64,000 nucleotides of DNA, taken from contig NIVC01000096.1 of assembly GCA_002269645.1 (NCBI GenBank), positions 310,001 to 374,000 on the forward strand. Direction: 5' to 3'. The DNA is from Macrostomum lignano. Taxonomy: Eukaryota. Below the pieces are notes generated by a model. It was not told where the DNA came from. It did no database searches and saw nothing but the letters and a program-made list of their open reading frames with translations. This document shows, one piece after another, positions 12,622 to 24,575 of the stretch (position 1 is the first letter of the stretch; every line of letters begins with the position of its first letter). Made by a program: the position numbers and the translations under genes.

Positions 12622-13140
12622 GCTGCACTTCCGGTTCCTAGCTACCTTCGGGTTTTCCCGGTTGCCAAAAACACTGCACTTCCGGTTCCTAACTATCTTA
12701 GGGTTTTCCCGGTTGCCAAAAACACTGCACTTCCGGTTCCTAACTATCTTAGGGTTTTTCCGGTTGCCAAAAACACTGCACTTCCGGTTCCTAACTATCT
12801 TAGGGTTTTTCCGGTTGCCAAAAACACTGCACTTCCGGTTTCTTATAATCTTAGGGTTTTTCCGGCTGCCAAAAACACTGCACTTCCGGTTCCTAACTAT
12901 CTTAGGGTTTTTCCGGTTGCCAAAAACACTGCACTTCCGGTTTCTTATAATCTTAGGGTTTTTCCGGCTGCCAAAAACACTGCACTTCCGGTTTCTAATT
13001 ATCTCAGAATTTTCCGGTTGCCAAAAACACTGCACTTCCGGTTTCTAATTATCTCAGAATTTTCCGGTTGCCAAAAACACTGCACTTCCGGTTTCTAATT
13101 ATCTCAGAATTTTCCGGTTGCCAAAAACACTGCACTTCCG
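12622..13140 (+). repeat. 51-bp minisatellite
   Basis: About 10 copies of aaaacactgcacttccggttcctaactatcttagggtttttccggttgcca. Confidence 0.95.
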
Positions 13141-13296
13141 TTTGTTCACCATACTAAATCAATAACTAGCTACATAATATGTAAATGTGCATATCTAGCT
13201 GGGAATCAGACGCAAATATCTATTAAATTGAAGTCGTCAACAAGAAGCCATTGCGCAAAACAAAGTGAAACAGTGGTAGCATATGATGAGGCCTAT

Positions 13297-13623
13297 CTAT
13301 GGCATATAGCCGCTCTCAGGGCTAGGGGTGCAGCTGTTCAGCATTGGCGGCCCAACTGAAGCTGCAGAGCTGCATCGCTCTCGATGCTGCTGAGGCTTGA
13401 GTTCGGCTTCATCAGCTTCCTCAGCAGCAGCAGCTTCATCGTGGCCTCCTCGCTCATTGGCATCCTCATCGGAATCGCTCGCTTCGACTTGCTGTGGCTG
13501 TTCAACTCCGCCAGTCGAGGAGCTGCAGCCGCCGACGCCGCCGCCCGGGACGCTGTTGTTGAACAGCTCGCGTTCCTTGGAGTTTCGCCATTTCATTCGA
13601 CGATTTTGAAACCAGATTTTCAC
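13297..13623 (-). CDS. Dbx: Dbx homeobox exon 4 (helix 3 and C-terminus)
   Basis: cgcag|GTG; VKIWFQNRRMKWRNSKEREL matches vertebrate Dbx1; stop at 13297-13299. Confidence 0.95.
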   Translation of the reverse strand: MKIWFQNRRMKWRNSKERELFNNSVPGGGVGGCSSSTGGVEQPQQVEASDSDEDANERGGHDEAAAAEEADEAELKPQQHRERCSSAASVGPPMLNSCTPSPESGYMP

Positions 13624-13677
13624 CTGCGGCGATGTGTGAAGTGGATTAATTACTGAGAATTGTCATGGCTTGTTCGG

Positions 13678-14005
13678 GCGGGCAGAGTAGCCAAGTGGTA
13701 AACGCGTCAGACTCTCGCCTCAACAGTCCCCGGGTTCGAATCCGTGCGGGCGACGAGAAAGTCAGGGCTGCTGTACACCCTGTGGGAGCGGGTGCCCATA
13801 GGTTCAGGGCTGCTGTACACCCTGTGGGAGCGGGTGCCCATAGGTTCAGGGCTGCTGTACACCCTGTGGGAGCGGGTGCCCATAGGTTCAGGGCTGCTGT
13901 ACACCCTGTGGGAGCGGGTGCCCATACGTACAGGGATCAGCGAAACTCCCGACCGACCTTCGTATTGATTCGCGGCACCGTCCAAAAGACTCGACTACCA
14001 ACTAA
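13678..14005 (+). mobile_element. tRNA-derived SINE with internal 42-bp tandem repeat
   Basis: Pol III A box tagccaagtgg (13688-13698) and B box ggttcgaatcc (13733-13743). The acceptor stem does not pair. About 4 copies of agggctgctgtacaccctgtgggagcgggtgcccataggttc follow. The 3' end is approximate. Confidence 0.65.
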
Positions 14006-14804
14006 TTAAGAATCCTCTGTAGATTTGCAATTACCGATATGTATCGAAAGTTAAATTTGTAAGGGACACAAAATCAAAACGATCGTGACAAAAAATTGTT
14101 TCCCGATGGGAATTCGAGTGGTGAGAGAAGGGAGACAAATGGGAAGGTGGAAAAAAACTGCTCCACTATTCGAGCTGGAAAATGACTCGTAATATTCAAA
14201 TCTCGTTTTTATCGACCTAGGAAAAAACTCAGAGAGCGAGTCTATTTGGCGTTGTCAAGCGGAAAGGGAATGGCATGAATATTTGAGCGAAGTCGCTTCA
14301 GCCATGGTTGAGTTTTGACGTCAGTTTAGGATTAATCTCATGACTGGCCAATTTATTCAATTCCCCCAAGACTTGGAACTAGAAAAAGGGATATTTCGCC
14401 TCAAACCTGTTAGACTAAATTTTTTTATTGACCTCGGGATGCAAATGAGAGCCTCGGCTCGCAGACCCATCTGGCGATGATGGCTCCCTGGGGTGCTGGC
14501 AGGCTGAGATGACCAATATGTGGCTTTTGTCCCCGCCTCAATAAAGATTGAGTGGCTCATGTGCGACCAGCGCTTGCTTTATGCAGCTCATAGTTTGAAA
14601 TATTTATAAGGCTGTTCCTATTCTACCACACAGAAATCATCATCAACTATGCCTAATATAATTTCATATTCACATCCTAATGATCTGACGAAATGTGTCG
14701 AGCTATAGAGGGGGGGGCTATATAAATTTAGATTCGTCAGCATCTTTCGAGACAATTTGGTCAGCGCAACAAGTTAAGCCGAGCTGGTCGTGGTTAGTTA
14801 GTTA

Positions 14805-16730
14805 CCAAGAGACAGAAAGCGCTCACCAAGAGACAGGGGCACCCACCAAGGAACAGGGGCGCCCACCAAGAGACAGAAAGCGCTCACCAAGAGACAGGGG
14901 CGCTCACCAAGAGACAGGGGCGCCCACCAAGAGACAGGGGCGCCCACCAAGAGACAGAGGGCGCCACCCAACAGAAAAGGGCGCCCACCAAGAGACAGGG
15001 GGCGCCCACCAAGACACAGGGGCGCCCACCAAGAGACAGGGGGCGCCGACCAAGAGACAGGGGCGCCCACCAAGAGACAGGGGGACCCACCAAGGGACAG
15101 GGGCGCCCACCAAGAGACAGGGAGCGCCCACCAAGAGACAGGGGGCGCCCACCAAGAGACAGGAGCGCCCACCAAGAGACGGGGGCGCCCACCAAGAGAC
15201 AGGGGGCGCCCACCAAGAGACAGGAGCGCCCACCAAGAGACGGGGGCGCCCACCAAGAGACAGAGGGCGCCAACCAACAGACAGGGGTGCCCACCAAGAG
15301 ACAGGGGTGCCCACCAAGAGACAGGGGCGCCAAACCAAGAGACAGAGGGCGCCACCCAACAGACAGGGGTGCCCACCAAGAGACAGGGGTGCCCACCAAG
15401 AGACAGGGGCGCCAAACCAAGAGACAGGGGCGCCCACCAAGGGACAGGGGCGCCCACCAAGAGACAGAGGCGCCACCCAAAAGACAGGGGCGCCCACCAA
15501 GAGACTGGGGGCGCCCACCAAGAGACGGGGGGCGCCCACCAAGAGACGGGGGGCGCCCACCAAGAGACGGGGGGCGCCTACCAAGAGACAGGGGCGCCCA
15601 CCAAGAGACGGGGGCGCCCACCAAGAGACAGGCGCGCCCACTAAGAGACAGGGGCGCCCACCAAGAGACGGGGGCGCCCACCAAGAGACAGGCGCGCCCA
15701 CTAAGAGACAGGGGCGCCCAACCAAGAGACGGAGGGCGCCCACTAAGAGACAGGCGCGCCCAACAAAGAGACAGGGGCGCCCACTAAGAGACAGGCGCAC
15801 CCAACCAAGAGACAGGGGCGCCCACTAAGAGACAGGCGCGCCCACCAAGAGACAGGGGCGCCCACCAAGAGACAGAGGGCGCCACCCAACAGAAAAGGGC
15901 GCCCACCAAGAGACAGGGGGCGCCCACCAAGAGACAGGGGGCGCCCACCAAGACACAGGGGCGCCCACCAAGAGACAGGGGGCGCCGACCAAGAGACAGG
16001 GGCGCCCACCAAGAGACAGGGGGACCCACCAAGGGACAGGGGCGCCCACCAAGAGACAGGGAGCGCCCACCAAGAGACAGGGGGCGCCCACCAAGAGACA
16101 GGAGCGCCCACCAAGAGACGGGGGCGCCCACCAAGAGACAGAGGGCGCCAACCAACAGACAGGGGTGCCCACCAAGAGACAGGGGTGCCCACCAAGAGAC
16201 AGGGGCGCCAAACCAAGAGACAGGGGCGCCCACCAAGGGACAGGGGCGCCCACCAAGAGACAGAGGCGCCACCCAAAAGACAGGGGCGCCCACCAAGAGA
16301 CTGGGGGCGCCCACCAAGAGACGGGGGGCGCCCACCAAGAGACGGGGGGCGCCCACCAAGAGACGGGGGCGCCTACCAAGAGACAGGGGCGCCCACCAAG
16401 AGACGGGGGCGCCCACCAAGAGACAGGGGCGCCCACCAAGAGACAGGCGCGCCCACTAAGAGACAGGGGCGCCCAACCAAGAGACGGGGGGCGCCCACCA
16501 AGAGACGGGGGCGCCCACCAAGAGACAGGCGCGCCCACTAAGAGACAGGGGCGCCCAACCAAGAGACGGAGGGCGCCCACTAAGAGACAGGCGCGCCCAA
16601 CCAAGAGACAGGGGCGCCCACTAAGAGACAGGCGCACCCAACCAAGAGACAGGGGCGCCCACTAAGAGACAGGCGCGCCCACCAAGAGACGGGGGGCGCC
16701 CACCAAGAGACAGGGGGCGCCACCCAAGAC
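14805..16730 (+). repeat. GC-rich 20-22-bp minisatellite ggggcgcccaccaagagaca
   Basis: ~1.9-kb array in Dbx intron 3. Confidence 0.95.
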
Positions 16731-16909
16731 GCCCTCAGGTTTGCGGCCCCCTTCAATAAAAATTCCTCGCACGCCTCTGTGTCAAACCTCAGTGTACAGC
16801 CGCTGCGAAAGCTCTCAGCTCCAGCAGTTCAGCCCTCGTGCTGCTGTGACTTTGGTTCTACGACAATTGCCAGTCAGAATTACAGGCTGCAACACCTGAC
16901 GTCACTCAC

Positions 16910-17319
16910 CTGCGAATCCTTGAGGCCGAGTTTATCGGCCAGTCGCTTTCTGTCCGGTTTGCTGATGTACTTTTGCCGCTGGAACACCTTCTCGAGGCCG
17001 CGCCTCTGGCAGTCGCTGAACACGGCCCGTCGGAGCATTCCCCGACGTGGCTTGCCGCGGAACGCAGCCACGGAAGCGAAGGCGGCGGCTGCGGCGGCTG
17101 CGGAACCCGGCGGATACTGCGGATGATGCTGGTGATGCTGGTGATGAAGCATAAAGTCCAGGTGGTGCAGCGGGCCTGGTAGCAGGAGGCTGCCGAGCAT
17201 CAGCTGCTGATGCTGGCTGGGCAGGTAGCTGGCTGCTGCTGCTGCGGCGGCCGCGGCCGCTGCCGCCGATGCAGCCGAAACTGTAGGGCCCGCCGCTGAC
17301 GGTTGATGAGGCAGAGAGG
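16910..17319 (-). CDS. Dbx: Dbx homeobox exon 3
   Basis: cttgcag acceptor; polyAla, then KPRRGMLRRAVFSDCQRRGLEKVFQRQKYISKPDRKRLADKLGLKDSQ (Dbx-type homeodomain); CAG|gtgagt; 410 nt, phase 1 to 0. Confidence 0.93.
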
Positions 17320-17399
17320 CTGCAAGGAAGCGTGCAGGTGTTGGGTTTGGTGAAAGCAGTGTTGAGAATTAAAAATTATTTCAAGCAGAGATTTGAGCC

Positions 17400-17870
17400 T
17401 GTAAGTTAGTCTGTAAATCTGTAAGTCTGTAAATCTGTAAGTCTGTAAATCTGTAAGTCTGTAAATCTGTAAGTCTGTAAATCTGTAAGTCTGTAAATCT
17501 GTAAGTCTGTAAATCTGTAAGTCTGTAAATCTGTAAGTCTGTAAATCTGTAAGTCTGTAAATCTGTAAGTCTGTAAATCTGTAAGTCTGTAAATCTGTAA
17601 GTCTGTAAATCTGTAAGTCTGTAAATCTGTAAGTCTGTAAATCTGTAAGTCTGTAAATCTGTAAGTCTGTAAATCTGTAAGTCTTTAAATCTGTAAGTCT
17701 GTAAATCTGAAAATCTTTAAATCTTTAAATACTGTAAATCAGTAATCCTGTAATCTGCAATCCTGTAATCTGTAGTCCTGTAATCTGCAATCCTGTAATC
17801 TGTAATCCAGTAATCTCTAGACCTGCAATCTGCAATCCTGTAATCTGTAATTCTGTAATATGTAATCCTG
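17400..17870 (+). repeat. 16-bp repeat gtaagtctgtaaatct decaying to 8-bp gtaatcct units
   Basis: Tandem array in Dbx intron 2. Confidence 0.92.
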
Positions 17871-18395
17871 TAAGACAAATATGAAACTACAATAAATAGT
17901 TAAGCCTAAATATGTTTAAGTTAATAACTTATGCTCATAAATTAGCTGTTTAGGTTAATTAAGTTCGTGAGAAATTAAGCTTTATATAGTATATTTCTCT
18001 GTAACCTCTGCTGCGATGGGTCTCGGGCCATTTTAACACTTCTTATCTCACAGTGGGTTGGAAGCTCAGCCCTCAACTGCAAGTAAGTACCTCATTAAAT
18101 TGTGCATTTGGATTTAATTGTACCACTTATTAACTCACCGTGCAATGCTGCTGCATGGGCCCACCTCAGAGGGATGCCCCCGCAGCTTGGCCACTTTATA
18201 GCCAGTCTTTATCTTATCTAATCAGCAAGCGTAATTATTGTCACGCTGGGCGAACCCATTACCTGTAAATAGCTGCTTTTTGTTACTTAGACCTTGATAG
18301 TCTCAGGTCTATGGGCGACGTTCAAAGTATAGAGCAACTTCCCAATGCCCCCATGACCCCTCGTTTTGATTGAGAAGGACAGCTGACCCCTCTGC

Positions 18396-19418
18396 GTGCT
18401 TATGTCAGACCTGATGAGTGCTTATGTCAGACCTGATGTGTGCTTATGTCAGACTTAATGCGTGCTTATGTCAGACATGATGTGTGCTTATGTCAGACTT
18501 AATGCGTGCTTATGTCAGACCTGATGTGTGCTTATGTCAGACCTGCGTGCTTATGTCAGACCTGATGCGTGCTTATGTCAGACCTGATGCGTGCTTATGT
18601 CAGATCTAATGCGTGCTTATGTCAGACCTGATGCCTGCTTATGTCAGACCTGATGTGTGCTTATGTCAGACCTGATGCGTGCTTATGTCAGACATGATGT
18701 GTGCTTATGTCAGACTTAATGCCTGCTTATGTCAGACCTGATGTGTGCTTATGTCAGACCTGATGTGTGCTTATGTCAGATCTAATGCGTGCTTATGTCA
18801 GACCTGATGCCTGCTTATGTCAGACCTAATGCGTGCTTATGTCAGACATGATGTGTGCTTATGTCAGACTTAATGCGTGCTTATGTCAGACCTGATGTGT
18901 GCTTATGTCAGACCTGCGTGCTTATGTCAGACCTGATGCGTGCTTATGTCAGACCTGATGCGTGCTTATGTCAGATCTAATGCGTGCTTATGTCAGACCT
19001 GATGCCTGCTTATGTCAGACCTAATGCGTGCTTATGTCAGACATGATGTGTGCTTATGTCAGACTTAATGCCTGCTTATGTCAGACCTGATGTGTGCTTA
19101 TGTCAGACCTGCGTGCTTATGTCAGACCTGATGCGTGCTTATGTCAGACCTAATGTGTGCTTATGTCAGACCTGATGTGTGCTTATGTCAGACATGATGT
19201 GTGCTTATGTCAGACTTAATGCGTGCTTATGTCAGACCTGATGTGTGCTTATGTCAGACCTGCGTGCTTATGTCAGACCTGATGCGTGCTTATGTCAGAC
19301 CTGATGCGTGCTTATGTCAGACCTGATGCGTGCTTATGTCAGACCTAATGTGTGCTTATGTCAGACCTAATGTGTGCTTATGTCAGACCTGATGTGTGCT
19401 TATGTCAGACCTGATGCG
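18396..19418 (+). repeat. 22-bp minisatellite gtgcttatgtcagacctgatgc
   Basis: Tandem array in Dbx intron 2. Confidence 0.95.
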
Positions 19419-20312
19419 CAGTCAGCGAACCAATGCGAATTTATCCTGGCTTTGAACAACATGTTAATGAGCCTATGTATACAGCATATATATATATATT
19501 CTTGTTAATCATAACATCGCAATCTCGTCATCTTGACACTCGATTTTGAGCTTCAAAATATAATTATTTCCCTATATTCTATTGTATGGCTCGCTAAACT
19601 CAGTTATTGAGTGTCTGGCTATCTTATATAAATTTTAACAAAAACTGTGAAAATTCAAGTGCCTTCAGGCCTGGTGCTGCTCTCAAGATTCTCTAAGAGA
19701 AGAATGAATGAGATACAGTTAGAGAATATATAGGTGTAGGTGGTGGCGCACTGCGATCTTGAGACTTAAGAGGCCAATTAGTAGAGAGTCGAGTCGAGTT
19801 ATGAGTATGTGAGCACACACGCACACACACACATGACTCATACTTGTATATTTAACGTGATGCAGCAATAGTTCCGAATTAAACGACATGAATCAGACGT
19901 AACAAGTATATAGAGGGGCCTGTTAGACTAATTAGTAGCATAAGTATGCATAAGCATAGCATAGTCTTCGTTCTGGAATCCCTCAACAATAGCTATTTTA
20001 ATAACTATACAGCTACAACTGATATGCTTGCTCTTCTGAGCTTGCTCTTCTCTTCTTCGTTCGCGAGCCTCAAGTGGTCAAAAAAATTCAAGATTTTGTT
20101 GTTCAACTATAGAGATAGCATAATATAGTGTGTGCTCAGGCATCCCAAGTGTCTTGAGTCAATCTTGACTCTCTCAAGTGCCAAGGAATTTGAGGAAAAG
20201 ACTAAAAATATGTTTTTAATCAAGCGAGAATCTTTCTCCAGAAAAATCACTGCATTTTCAGACAGATGTACTCGTAACATTGACTGCATGCGTGAAATTT
20301 AAACGCGCTCAC

Positions 20313-20391
20313 CGTTAATATTAGCAGGTAGATACGGCGCAGTTGCTGGGCAATAAAACTGAGATTGTAACCGCTGTTCCTGCAGTTGTTG

Positions 20392-20448
<57 letters not shown>

Positions 20449-20672
20449 AGCTGCTACTGATGAAGCTTCTAGCAGACGGTAATCAATGAGTCCCGCAGAA
20501 GCGAGAGAATGCAGTGAGGTCGCAGCAGAAGCAGCTGCACGATGCTGCTGATGAAGCACCGCTGATTCTGCAAGCGAATTAGATGAAACTGGAGACGCCT
20601 CTGATGATGCTGTGGTTACCACGGGCAACGAGTCCGACTTGGTTAACTGCCGGTGCAGCTGACTGGGTGCTT
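20313..20672 (-). CDS. Dbx: Dbx exon 2 (Ser/Ala/polyGln rich)
   Basis: gataacag|AA acceptor chosen because it matches phase 1; AACG|gtgagc donor; 360 nt open frame including a CAG/CAA polyQ run. The 5' boundary is less certain. Confidence 0.72.
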
Positions 20673-20732
20673 CTGTTATCGTGTGTAGAATTGGGGTGTG
20701 ATTCTTGGGATTCATTGTGCATAGCTATATGG

Positions 20733-21455
20733 ATATTGAGATGGAGATGGAGAGGGAGAGGGAGATAGAGATGGAGATAGAGATGGAGATGGAAATGGAG
20801 ATAGAGATGGAGATGGAGATGGGGATTGAGATTGAGAGGGAGATAGAGAAGGAGATAGAGATGGAGATGGAGATGGAGAGGGGGAGGGAGAGGGAGATGG
20901 AGATAGAGAAGGAGATGGAGATGGAGATAGAGATAGAGATGGAGAGGGAGAGGGAGATGGAGAGGGGGAGGGAGAGGGAGATGGAGATAGAGATAGAGCG
21001 TGGGGGAGAGGGAGATGGAGATAGAGAAGGAGATGGAGAGGGAGATGGAGAGGGAGATGGAGAGGGAGATGGAGAGGGAGATGGAGAGGGAGATGGAGAT
21101 GGAGATGTAGATGGAGATGGAGATGGAGATGGAGATGGAGATGGAGATGTAGATGGAGAGGGAGATGGAGATGGAGAGGAAGATGGAGATAGAGATGGAG
21201 ATTGAGATAGAGATTGAGATCGAGAAGGAGATGGAGATGGAGATGGAGATGGAGATGGAGATGGAGATGGAGATGGAGAGGGAGATGGAGATGGAGAGGG
21301 AGATGGAGATAGAGATAGAGAGGGGAGGGAGAAGGAGATGGAGATAGAGAAGGAGATGGAGATGGAGATGGAGATAGAGAAGGAGATGGAGATGGAGATG
21401 GAGATGGAGATAGAGATAGAGAGGGGAGGGAGAGGGAGAGGGAGATGGAGATGGG
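20733..21455 (+). repeat. (GAGATG)n purine-rich simple repeat
   Basis: Fills most of Dbx intron 1. Confidence 0.93.
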
Positions 21456-21597
21456 TAAAAGTGTTAAGTATTTTATGAAGAGAGCAGGCAGAGAGTCGAA
21501 ATGAAGAGACAAATGAGGTGAAAATAGAGATGAGAACAAACATGAGCACTAAAATAAAGCAAAGGAGAATTGATCTGATAAAAGGCCAGACTCTAAC

Positions 21598-21718
21598 CTT
21601 GCTTGATATCGTCCGAATCGTTGCAGCCCAGGATTGCGGACATGCCAAATTTCAATTTAGGCTTCTGCTGATGCTGCTGCGGCGGTTTTGCAGCCTTGAA
21701 CTGCCGGAATCCGTCCAT
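21598..21718 (-). CDS. Dbx: Dbx exon 1 with eh1-like motif
   Basis: MDGFRQF...[11 protein letters not shown] (Dbx LKFGVNAIL-type eh1 motif); CAAG|gttaga donor; 121 nt, phase 1. Confidence 0.82.
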
Positions 21719-22437
21719 TGCAAATTTAAACAAGGAGTAAATTAATTGAGAAAACGGTTTTAACGAGAGCAGAGAAATAGCTTCCCCGCGCCGCGCCGTA
21801 TTAAATAAAAGCATTTAGCGGACAGAAGAAAGGCTGTAAGATTATCGAAAAGCTCTCATTCGTCCAGTGGAGTTCAGTGGAGATCTCTGATTGGCTGCCT
21901 ACTTTCCGGGTTTTTTCTTCATGGCTCCGCAAAGGGGGTGGGTGTGTGGCGGCGGCTGGGCAAGGCGAGAATGTCGTGGAGAACTCAACTGGCGCATGGA
22001 ATACTATAGCTAGAATCTGGAGCGGAGAAAACTTTAGATTCCATAAGTAATCAACTTGTGAAATTGCACAGTTGATTGAATTAAACTATTAAACAGTATA
22101 CATTGATCAACTACGTAACTATGGTATCTATCACTGGCACCATCGTGCAGACTTCTTTGCAACAGATTAAAAATATTATGAAAAAATTGCTTACTAATAA
22201 ATTCATAGTTATCGGAGTTATCAAATTACGCCGCAAATTGTAAACAGCTACAATTATAGTGAGGTAAAAAGTTTCCATTTTCAGTATAACGATTTCCAGG
22301 AAATGCTAATGTTTTTATAGTAGTAATAACTAGCAATCTTCGCCCCCCCCCCCGATGGGGGACATCTGGATAGAGTATCTGTTCTCTAAAAGTAACAAAA
22401 AGACAGCGAAATAAAGCTTTCACAAAGACAAAAGACA

Positions 22438-23210
22438 TCCTATATACTAAAAATGAGTTGTCTGTATGTATGTATGTGGGTTAGGGTTAGGGTTTGGGTT
22501 AGGGTTACCATGTCAAACATAAAAGAGCCACCATGCCAAACATAAAAGAGCCACCATGTCGAATATAAAAGAGCCACCATGTCGAACATAAAAGAGCCAC
22601 TATGTCAGACATTAAAGAGCTGCCATGTCAAATATAAAAGAGCCACTATGTCAAACATGTTCACGACTCCATGTCAAACATTAAAGAGCCACCATGTCAA
22701 ACATTAAATAGCCACCACGTCGAACATTAAAAAGCAACCATGTCAAACATAAAAGAGCTACCAAGTCAGACATAGAAGAGCCACCATGTCAAACATAAAA
22801 TATCCACCATGTCAAACATATACGTGACACCATGTCAAACATTAAAGAGCCACCATGTCGAACATTAAAGAGCTATCATGTCAAACATACTCGTAAAAGA
22901 GCCACCATGTCAAACATATACGTGACTCCATGTCAAACATATACGTGACTCCATGTCAAACATATACGTGACTCCATGTCAAACATATACGTGACTCCAT
23001 GTCAAACATATACGTGACTCCATGTCAAACATATACGTGACTCCATGTCAAACATTAAAAAGCCACTATGTCAAAAATTAAAGAGCTACCATTAGAACAT
23101 AAAAGAGCCACCATGTAGAACATAAAGGAGACATCATTTCAAACGTAAAAAGAAGCGTCATGCCAAACATAAAGGAGCCACTATAAAGCTAAGGATATTG
23201 TTGCACTAGC
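22438..23210 (+). mobile_element. Possible non-autonomous Helitron/DINE-like element carrying a satellite
   Basis: A|TCctatatactaaaaatgagttgtctgtatgtatgt resembles Helitron-like 5' heads with a tetranucleotide microsatellite. A CTAG lies at 23206-23209, but there is no clear 3' hairpin. Confidence 0.33.
22487..23185 (+). repeat. Short (TTAGGG)-like tract followed by 22-bp satellite ccatgtcaaacataaaagagcca
   Basis: gggttagggttagggtttgggttagggtta at ~22487-22507, then a degenerate tandem array. Confidence 0.85.
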
Positions 23211-23224
23211 TACTTGTTGTCTGG

Positions 23225-23765
23225 TGGATGCTTGCTATTTAAGGATAGATAATTGCCATCAGGGGGATGCTTGCTATCTGAGGGATGCTTGCTATCAGGG
23301 GGGATGCTTGCTATCTGAGGGATGCTTGCTATCTGAGGGATGCTTGCTATCTGAGGGATGCTTGCTATCTGAGGGATGCTTGCTATCTGAGGGATGCTTG
23401 CTATCTGAGGGATGCTTGCTATCTGAGGGATGCTTGCTGTTGGGGGGGGGGATGCTTGCTGTTGGGGGGGGGGATGCTTGCTATCGGAAGAATGCTTGCT
23501 ATCTTGGGTAACTTGCTATTGCGGGATGCTTGATCTTGGGGAGTGGAGGGTACTTGCTATCTGAGAGGGGGTTGCTAGCTATCTATAAGGATTCTTTGTA
23601 TCCAGGGATGCTTGCTATCTGGGGGATGCTTGCATGCTGTCTGGGGATGCTTGCTATCGGGGGATGCTTGATATTTGGGAGGCAAGAGGCTTGCTCTCGG
23701 TGGAAGGGTACTTGCAATATTGGGGGGGGGTTTGCTATCTGGGGAGATGCTTGCTGTCTTGGGAT
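23225..23765 (+). repeat. 18-bp minisatellite gggatgcttgctatctga
   Basis: Homogeneous core with degenerate edges. Confidence 0.9.
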
Positions 23766-24084
23766 GTTTTCTTTTTAGAATCTCCCCAATTTCTTTCGCA
23801 TTTCAAGTCGAAAATTTTGCTTGACATTTGCAAAAAAGCATGTTATTTGAATATTTAATCCCTTTAACATTGAGCAATTTCTTAGCCAAGATGCATGTAC
23901 CGTTTCAGGAAAATTTCTGATCGAATGGTGCAAGTTTGAAGAAAATTGGTTGAGCCATTTTTTCTCTAATCGATCACACAGCTACATACATACACACAGA
24001 TGTCATGTAGTTTGGTTGTGACTCTCTTGTCAAACTCCTGCAGGAGAGGCACCAAAAGGTTTCAACAGCGCCAGATATGGTTTT

Positions 24085-24575
24085 GGTAGCGCCAAAAATG
24101 GCTTTGGAGTGGCGCCAAAGATGGCTTCGGAGCGGCGCCAAAACAAAGAGACAATGGCATCACAAAAAGAGTCAGTGACGCTAAAACATAGAGTCAGTGG
24201 TGCCAAAACAAAGAGTCAGTAGCATCAAAACAAAGAATCAGTAGCGTCAAAACAAAGAGTCAGTGGCGTCACAACAAAGAGTCAGTAGCGTCAAAACAAA
24301 GAGTCAGTAGCATCAAAACAAAGAGTCAGTAGTGCCAAAACAAATATTCAGTGGCGCCAAAACAAAGAGTCAGTAGCATCAAAACAAAGAATCAGTAGCG
24401 TCAAAACAAAGAGTCAGTGGCGTCACAACAAAGAGTCAGTAGCGTCAAAACAAAGAGTCAGTAGCATCAAAACAAAGAGTCAGTAGTGCCAAAACAAATA
24501 TTCAGTGGCGCCAAAACAGAGTCAATGGTGCCACAACAAAGAGTCAGCATAGTGTCAAAACAGAGTCAGTTGCGC
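24085..24575 (+). repeat. 22-bp minisatellite gagtcagtagcgtcaaaacaaa
   Basis: Includes an ~154-bp (7-unit) higher-order duplication. Confidence 0.9.

Noticed and set aside
8750-13140. CRISPR-like regularly spaced repeats
   Set aside because: The units are contiguous with no unique spacers, in a eukaryotic context without cas genes.
13678-13755. Functional tRNA gene
   Set aside because: The D- and T-arm boxes are present, but the acceptor stem cannot pair and the sequence runs into a repeat body; treated as a SINE head.
22487-22507. True telomere
   Set aside because: Only ~5 imperfect units, flanked by internal sequence on both sides.
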